Assembly: GCF_902652985.1 (NCBI RefSeq)
Contig: NC_047017.1
Location: 20,398,001-20,462,000, forward strand
Length of the DNA: 64,000 nucleotides
Source: Pecten maximus
Taxonomy: Eukaryota
Direction of reading: 5' to 3'
Shown: piece by piece, positions 56,438 to 64,000 of the stretch
Layout of the letters: each line of letters opens with the position of its first letter
How positions within the stretch are numbered: position 1 is the stretch's first letter
The notes under the pieces: model-generated
Databases searched by the model: none
Told to the model about the DNA's origin: nothing
What the model saw: the letters and a program-made list of their open reading frames with translations, nothing else
Position numbers and translations under genes: made by a program

Positions 56438-57499
56438 GAATGTGTTCATCAGGAGAATTGGCAAATGTGCTTACTACAATAACTGTTTATCGCATTAAAA
56501 GATATTAAGATATATTGGCTCGATGACACGATTTTGTTCAAAGTAAATTACCAATTATCAGTATATATGTATCTTGGGGCTGCTAAATCACATTTATCAT
56601 ATTTAGAAAAAAATCACATGCCTAGACATACTATATATATGTGTAATTTAAAAAGTATTGTATTTTGTTCAAAGTAATACATTTGTAGCCATTAATATTT
56701 ATATTTATTTGGATGCTGGTAAACCACAGTTGTCATATTCAGAAAAAAATGACATGCATAGACATAAGATATATGTGTAATTTAAACTCTATTGTATTTT
56801 TTTCTTCTAATTTTAAATTACAATATTAGATATGTTTTAACTTATATTCTAACCAATTTCTTTAAAGATAATAAATCGCCGAAATAGGAGTAATTATGGT
56901 CGATTCATACAATACAAAAAGTACAACCTACACTTTTACCACCCTCCAAATTTTTATCTTCTAATTTCATCTTTTAAATAAAGAGATATAGATAATTAAT
57001 TGCATCCACACGAAATTCAATTGTTCTCCGCAACTATAGTGCATGTGTATCTTTCATTCTTATCAACGATGCTTATTAGAATTCTGTTATTACATGTATT
57101 TATTTTGCTGGTCTTAATTATATATGTATATCTACACGATGGGTGCTATTTTAAGCATTTTTTTGGCAAGCAGTGTATATTCTATCGGCACTGTATGCCA
57201 TCTGTATACAATAGAATGATGACGTACATTAGGTTCTCGAAAGTGAAAACCAATGAAACGACATGAGGAAGCATTGTGATTCCTTACCCTTTAAAATGTC
57301 CTCTTTTTATCACGTGTTTTATCGTTGCTTATATGACTTATTTTAGCGTTCACATCATTATGTAAACAACCGTGTCGCATCAATTAGCGCATAGTAAGAT
57401 ACATTAGTGACACCAAAAATGGTAGACATCACCGGTGTGAAAACAAATTCGTAAACGTATTCCTCGATATCGATAATACGAACACAAAATGTGAAAATA

Positions 57500-57778
57500 A
57501 GTAAGGCGAGGAGAATCGGGAGGTGTTCCGAGAGGGTAAGTGATTTAGGTCAAATATAAAATGTGATCATTAGTAAGGAAAGGGAAATCGGAGGAGGTGT
57601 TCCGAGAGGGGAAGTGATTTAGGTCAAATATAAAATGTGATCATTAGTAAGGAAAGGGAAATCGGAGGTGTTCCGAGAGGGGAAGTGATTTAGGTCAAAT
57701 ATAAAATGTGATCATTAGTAAAGCTAGGAGAATCGGAGGTGTTCCGAGAGGTTAAGTCATTTAGGTCAAATATAAAAC
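57500..57778. repeat. About 71-74-bp tandem repeat, about 4 copies
   Basis: gtaagg..aggg.aatcggaggtgttccgagaggg.aagtgatttaggtcaaatataaaatgtgatcatta. Confidence 0.9.
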
Positions 57779-58139
57779 GAGAACCAACCTGACAATGACA
57801 GGTATCACATGTAGCTAAAAAGTAGAATATTTCTCAAAGAGACCACGATGTCCCGTAGTCTTCATCGGCCTACTTTGACATTACAATTCAGTAATGTTGC
57901 TGACACATTCATCATTTGTAGATGCGAGTCCCCTATTGATGTTTATTGGGTGATGGCCTTTGTCCATTTTGAATTTTACGAATTTCTAAACCATTGAATT
58001 TTGGCACGGTTCCAACCTTTAGAATTCCGATATTGAAACTTATGCAATTTATTGACTATGGCCTCTGCTCGTCCAGATTATGACATTTCTTTCGACCTAT
58101 TTAAAGTTTCCACAGTTTCAACACTACAGGCCATTATGA

Positions 58140-58181
58140 CATCACTGACGAGTTCTAGAATGACGAAACAGCTGTATGATG
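58140..58181 (+). ncRNA. Minimal type I hammerhead ribozyme
   Basis: catca-CTGACGA-gtt(ctagaat)gac-GAAA-cagctg-TA-tgatg: perfect 5-bp stem I, intact core, palindromic stem III, GUA cleavage triplet. Confidence 0.75.
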
Positions 58182-58299
58182 CAATTTAAGTCATTTTTTC
58201 TCTCTGATGTATCAAAAGCTTAGTTTGTATAGAAAATGCTAATATCCTTTGTAGTCATTTAAAATTGAAATTCGTTAGCGATGTTGCCCAAGAATCATT

Positions 58300-58660
58300 A
58301 AAGATATCTTTCTAAACCTTTGGGATATGTCCAATGTGGACCTAAATTATGTATTTCGCATCTTCAGCTTGATGAGTTATTCAAGTTATAGAAATTTCCC
58401 ATGGCCAAATGTCAGCCAAAATTGTGAATTATATAGTCTCTGGTCCTAGGGGATTGAGGGGCGGGGCCAAAAGGGGTAAAATGACTGAAATTTCAAAGCA
58501 TCTGACTTCTTTTCAAGACCCACATAAGGTAGAGTCAAATACTCTTCATAGTTGAAGGGTCTCGAGGTGCTTTACCAAAATTGTGAATTTCATAACCCTG
58601 GAGTCTCACGTTTCCACCCGAGGAGGTGTAAACTTTACAATAGTTTATACAGGGAAATCA
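58300..58660. repeat. Fragment of a Helentron-associated central repeat
   Basis: Two copies of ccaaaattgtgaattt/a...ctgg and the block gaggggcggggccaaaaggggt, resembling bivalve Helentron/satellite monomers (from recall). Confidence 0.4.
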
Positions 58661-59028
58661 TTTTTTTTTTTACTGTCATTTGTTGAATATCTATTGGAAT
58701 TAATTCTAACATTTTTGTTATGCGTATTTTTTTTATATATATATATTGATTCACACATATTCATATATCTTTAATTTACTATAAAACTTGTTTTACATAA
58801 ACGTATTATTTTAATCATTGCTAAACGTATTAATATTTATATTTATAATTATTTAAAAGATGCATCTTGTTGTTGATATACGTTCAACTAAATAAAATTT
58901 CAATTGGTTGCCATTTTTGAGTTATATGAATTTCATTGTATTTATAATGTCGAAAAGATATTCTATTTCTCTCAGACGTTTGAAATATGCTGAAGCGCCT
59001 GCTATAAAAGGAAAGGTAGTAAAGTATC

Positions 59029-59030
<2 letters not shown>

Positions 59031-59064
<34 letters not shown>
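59031..59064. repeat. (CA)n microsatellite
   Basis: Direct reading. Confidence 0.95.
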
Positions 59065-59066
<2 letters not shown>

Positions 59067-61878
59067 TATGGAGCGTCTTATAATCAAAACACAACAATTT
59101 CTTTATTAATTGCTAGAACAACCTAAATTGGCATCCTTTTTTCGATTTCAATTGCAATATTACAATTTCATGAAGCAGGTATGGAAATTATCTCCAAATC
59201 ACATTAAAATACAAGTCTTCATACATCATCATTGCCGAAAGTACACCTCTTATCCTTTATTCCAAATTGGTATAGATGTGTATTGGTAGACAATATTTAT
59301 GGTTTACTTTGAACTGAAATTTTCTTAAAATTACGTTATGTGTACAAATAAAAATATGTTTAAATGCAATCCATATTGGCTGTGACAGGTAATATTCAGC
59401 GTTATTTTGTTCAAAGTTTATCGTATTTCAAAACAACGCACCCACAGACCAGCTGAAAAAAATGCCGACGATTGAAAACTGCCAAAATGTGTATTTACAA
59501 TATATTTAAGTAAACAGAACAAAAACAGTATAAAATTATGAGGTTCAAAGGTCGACATATGTAGGACAAATAAAAACATATTGTTCTCCCTTCAAAATAT
59601 AAACATATTTGTGACAATTCTTGATTGTTAGGGACGTATGTAATATTGTAGATGACCCACAACTGACGTATTTATATACCTCTGGAACAGATACAATATT
59701 TGTACGGTTGCTTCCCTATACCCGTATACTATATACGATTTATCTTATTATATACTCACAGAAAAAAAGCTATATCTGCACAGCTCTACATATAAATTCA
59801 TATGCACACAAATAGGCTAAGTCGTAGTTAAACTTTGTATGTATATCCACGTTACAGTCGAATGTTTAACCCGGTCGGGTAACTAAACATCATGTGATTA
59901 TTTAATACAACCTAAACTTTTTAAAGCATGTTTTATATTTCTTTATTGAAATGGAAATGTACTATTACAATAACAAGTTTAGAAACTTGATTAATGTGGT
60001 TAGAATTACCAGCATTAGATGACAATTTGATGGTATACTCATATTGGCCCTGACTGAAGCTCGTATATCGCTATATATTAAACCCATTTCACTGTTTATA
60101 AGAAGAACTCGCAGTTTAATGAGTGTGACGGTTATAGTACAAGGTTAGAATCTAGACCGTACAATGTAAATCTAGTTTACTAGTGACAGATATCCACCTA
60201 AAGTGCAGCTTGGTTTAATAAATATCTTGTGAATAACTGTTGAACACAGGGTAATATTTAACATACAGGATACTGAAATAAGGGTATAATATTTGGGATC
60301 CACGAGAAAGACCTATATTAGCTTTGAAGTGAACTGCACAACAATTATGAATTTATCATGTCTAATTTGAAGTTTACGAAACTTGGCTTATCAAGAATTA
60401 AACCTTACTGTTCCAATACGCCTGTTGTTTCTCATGGAAAAAACATTATGTAGTCAGTGCGCAATTGAAGGAAATTGTCCAGAACTTGACTAACGTGAAC
60501 CCTCGAGTTTGATAACGTCATAGAAATAGGTCATTGTAAGCCTCGTGTACACCACCAGACAGCAAACTAACGGCCTTTCCTCGGCGACCCGTTCGTCAGT
60601 GAACTGGAGGCCACTGACGGTCTTTTATATACCAGCGGACCAACAGTAGGTGAGTATCTCTCTTCTTATACGCCAATTACTTATTTTTAAATATTCCCCC
60701 CTTTAACTTGATATGCTAGTTACGATGCAATAGATATAGTGTTATTATGGTCAAATATATTACCGGTATTACTTTGTTAAGTGATATCATTATTTTATTT
60801 TCAACATATATATACATGTGTATAGTGTATATATCGCTAAACAGGCGATACACTCAATGTTTGATTCATACCAAGAGTAAATGCTTTATACCTTATAACA
60901 ATTCACAACCTATGCCTGAATGGCGGATATACTTCTCAAATTACATCATTATAAAGTGCACGCAATGTTTACATGTTAAGTTTTTGACAACATTAGAAAA
61001 CATTCATTACTTCGCCATCAAAATCTAGAACACAAGCCTGCACGAAAACATTAGGTCTGTGCAAATATAGATATGCTTTGAATTCGGTGAGGCTTTTATA
61101 TATCTCGTTATAAATTATCTACTTGTTACACATTCCATAAAAAGTGAGGTTGGTTTTAAACAAAATAGCTGTGTCGCTCACTACGTATATTTACCTGTCC
61201 GTTCGTACATACTTAGGTTCGCGTCCGTGTACCACGCGATTTTAGAGCTCTGAACATCGTATTTCTACAGATTAGGTGTTTGTTTCATTCATATCCTCGA
61301 TACTAGATTAACCGACTTACACTATTATTTAAAGTCAATTTGTATTTCTATAATATAAACTGATCTCAAAGCTCTGTCTTGATATCCCCGGAAATTCTTT
61401 TCCTACATGGTTTACGTGAACCAATTCGTATATTCACCTATCCATTGTAATGTACGTTGTGTACATCGAGTTAAATTGTTGCCTTAGCACGCCTTGTTAT
61501 CGTTTGAGGATCATGATGAAGATAAGCGTCATGCTAAACATGCTACACTATAATTTAACAAAGAATTAGTATTTTAGGTATGCATTATTATCATTTACTT
61601 ATACAGATTCTGCTTACAATAAAAGTAATATTTGTAGTCATGTTCAGGTAAATTGGTATGAATTTGTTTATATCATTATAATCGTAATGTAGCGGCGATC
61701 AGAATGTTATCAGTCGTCGGCATGAATATTGTGTCAAGACTGACATAAGCTATACTGGTTTAACAGGAGAATTAGAAATATATTTTTAACATACGTAGGT
61801 TTACAACTTTCATAAAAGTAACGCCGATTCGCTAGAACAGTTCTTGGTGCCTTGATCATTCCCCTTTTATAGGTTACC

Positions 61879-63862
61879 ATGTTGTCAATTCTACAAGATG
61901 ATGCGACGTCCACTTTTGTTGGCCTTGTCGGTGCCTCTGTGCTGAAGTATGGCTTTACGACATGGCTGGCTTCAGGCCGTCCCAAAGTCTACGAGAAGGT
62001 CGGGAAAGTGTCTAGTCTACAACTTTACCCAGTGAAGTCGTGTCGGGGTCTAGATGTCAAAACGGCCGAATGTACATCTATAGGACTACGCCAGTATGGA
62101 GTCACCGACAGGTTTGTATAACCAGGAGTTTACCCCTTTCTCTCCAAACATAAACCCTCAGGGAAGATATGATGTCACAGACAAGTTTGTATACGTCTAC
62201 CCTAACCCCAAACACATAACCCTACCCTTACCTTTCCATACCTAAACATTTACCTCTCAGCCCACCATTACCATTGTGATTATGTTATAGTTTTAACCAA
62301 GCAACACCCCAACCCCAACCCCAGCCCATGTAAATGGTAAGATTGCGTCAATGCGATGTCGGGAACACATTTATATATGTCCCTCATCGTCCACAAAACA
62401 ATTGCGTCAGGGTGATGTCATAAACAGATCCGTATCCGGGTATATTCATGGTTACAAATAAGGTTGGTTTCAACTGACTTATTGATAACGCCTTGTCATC
62501 CGGGACATGTAAGTTTTGTTTATCTCGATGACTCGCCTACTTTTTCACCAATAATTCTTGAAATTGATCCATTTTGATTTTGTCTATTTTAATCACACAA
62601 GTTTGAAAAAAAGGTTGTGAAAATGTTTTTTTTTTTTGACAATGTTTGGGCATTGTCAACTGCTAGGAGCCTAGTCTTTGAAGCGTTATATAGTATGTTA
62701 AAAAGCGTTCCGGACCTAGAAAATCATAATAACTACCAATTACCACAATGTAAAGTATATAAAGTATATCAAATATATAAAGTATATAAAATCTATAAAG
62801 TATCTAAAATATATAAAGCAATACAACCTTCGCCAATAATGTAGCGATGTTGTACGAAGTTTCTTAACTATTACCTGGCAACGAAGTTATACTACCAACA
62901 CATATCTATAACCTCATAAAGATTAGGTTTAATAATAGGTACATTGTTGATGAAATAAATAGGTTGTTAACAAATTAGATACTTTGTTGTATACTTTCAT
63001 AGTTGGTGATATAGTGTACATATTTTTTTGGGAGAGAAATAAAAACTGATGCTTATCAGACGGGTATTAAACGAATGGAATAAATTTGTATATATAATGT
63101 ATATATAGTATACCATATATAATATGTATATAGTATACCATATATAATATGTATATAGTATACCATATATAATATGTATATAGTATACCATATATAATAT
63201 ATAAAAAATATTTGTCACATCATACCACAGCCTGATGTGACCGTAACTATGTTGGCTTCCATTTATACTCTTAATATAAAAGGGAATTTTCCGATATCTA
63301 TCTACAGTATATATACATGGGTATATTGAATGTGTTGGCATAAAACAAGACAGGATTACTGTTGTACGCAAATTAAGTCAAAAGAAAATACAAACTTATA
63401 TGACCAATTGACATACATCTTTAAAACATTGCCTTTGATTTGCCCATTTTCAGTTACCAACATTTAAATGGATATATACTTTAAAATGTTGTTCAAATCA
63501 AACTGAATATTGACATTTTACGTATACCTCCAGTGACTGAAGTATTAAAAACGACGTCAGGGTTGTCAACCGTGACGTCATCACGTTAAATCAAATCTTA
63601 TTGCAGTGTTATTTTGAACTGTTCCATACCACCTGTATTTCATGCATGAATGGACTGGGCGACATTTACTTTTAACTTTCGTCAGACATTGGATTCTTAG
63701 CTGCAAAAGCAACGACTGGATAAACGCCAATAGGGAGCCGAAACTTACCCTAGTGAGTGTCAAGCTGCTCGAAGATACAGTGGAGATGACAGCCCCGGGA
63801 ATGGAACCTCTCTTGGTCCCACTCAACCCCAAACTCGACACGGCAATGATCCGCCATATTGG
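61879..63862 (+). CDS. MTARC: mARC/MOSC-domain protein, tandem copy 2 (first two coding exons; continues beyond the window)
   Basis: Exons 61879-62111 and 63686-63862 are paralogous to 46082-46314 and 50144-50317; acceptor just upstream of the ATG; candidate non-coding exon ending at the gtgagt donor near 60650. Confidence 0.9.
63085..63200. repeat. AT-rich 25-bp tandem repeat
   Basis: tatagtataccatatataatatgta, about 4 copies. Confidence 0.85.
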
Positions 63863-64000
63863 GTAAGCCGATACCGCATTTTGTCATATAACAATTGATC
63901 CATTATATCATGAAAATGTGGCACCACCATTAATCTGAAACACATTGTTTTTTGAAAGAACAGCGAAAAATTTGATAAAAATGTTTTTTGAAAGAACAGC

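Overview
AT-rich, intron-rich animal genomic DNA; the repeat families look like those of bivalve molluscs (inference). All host genes are on the + strand: (i) the 3' part of a TNF-receptor-like gene with a Cys-rich ectodomain, mucin stalk, TM helix and short TRAF-motif tail, carrying an apparent frameshift (1.4-10.9 kb); (ii) a complete 16-exon PPP4R3/SMEK gene (23.6-42.0 kb); (iii) a complete 7-exon mARC/MOSC gene (46.1-56.4 kb) and the first two coding exons of a tandem paralogue (61.9-63.9 kb). Mobile DNA is dense: a PHIS-superfamily (PIF/Harbinger-ISL2EU-Spy) DDE transposon inserted at AAA|TTT, Penelope-like fragments with hammerhead ribozymes, an intact Tc1, a deleted mariner, three CAG...CTG elements with 5-bp TSDs, a P/Galileo-like foldback, putative P-type excision footprints, a Helentron-type element and a cluster of minisatellites. 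The most unusual object is at 3494-4324. It looks like a MITE with 292-bp inverted arms but resolves into a complete LTR, a tRNA-Lys primer-binding site and an inverted copy of the LTR 5' end, so both outer ends are U3-type (TGTAAC). All calls are from manual reading; no database searches were run.
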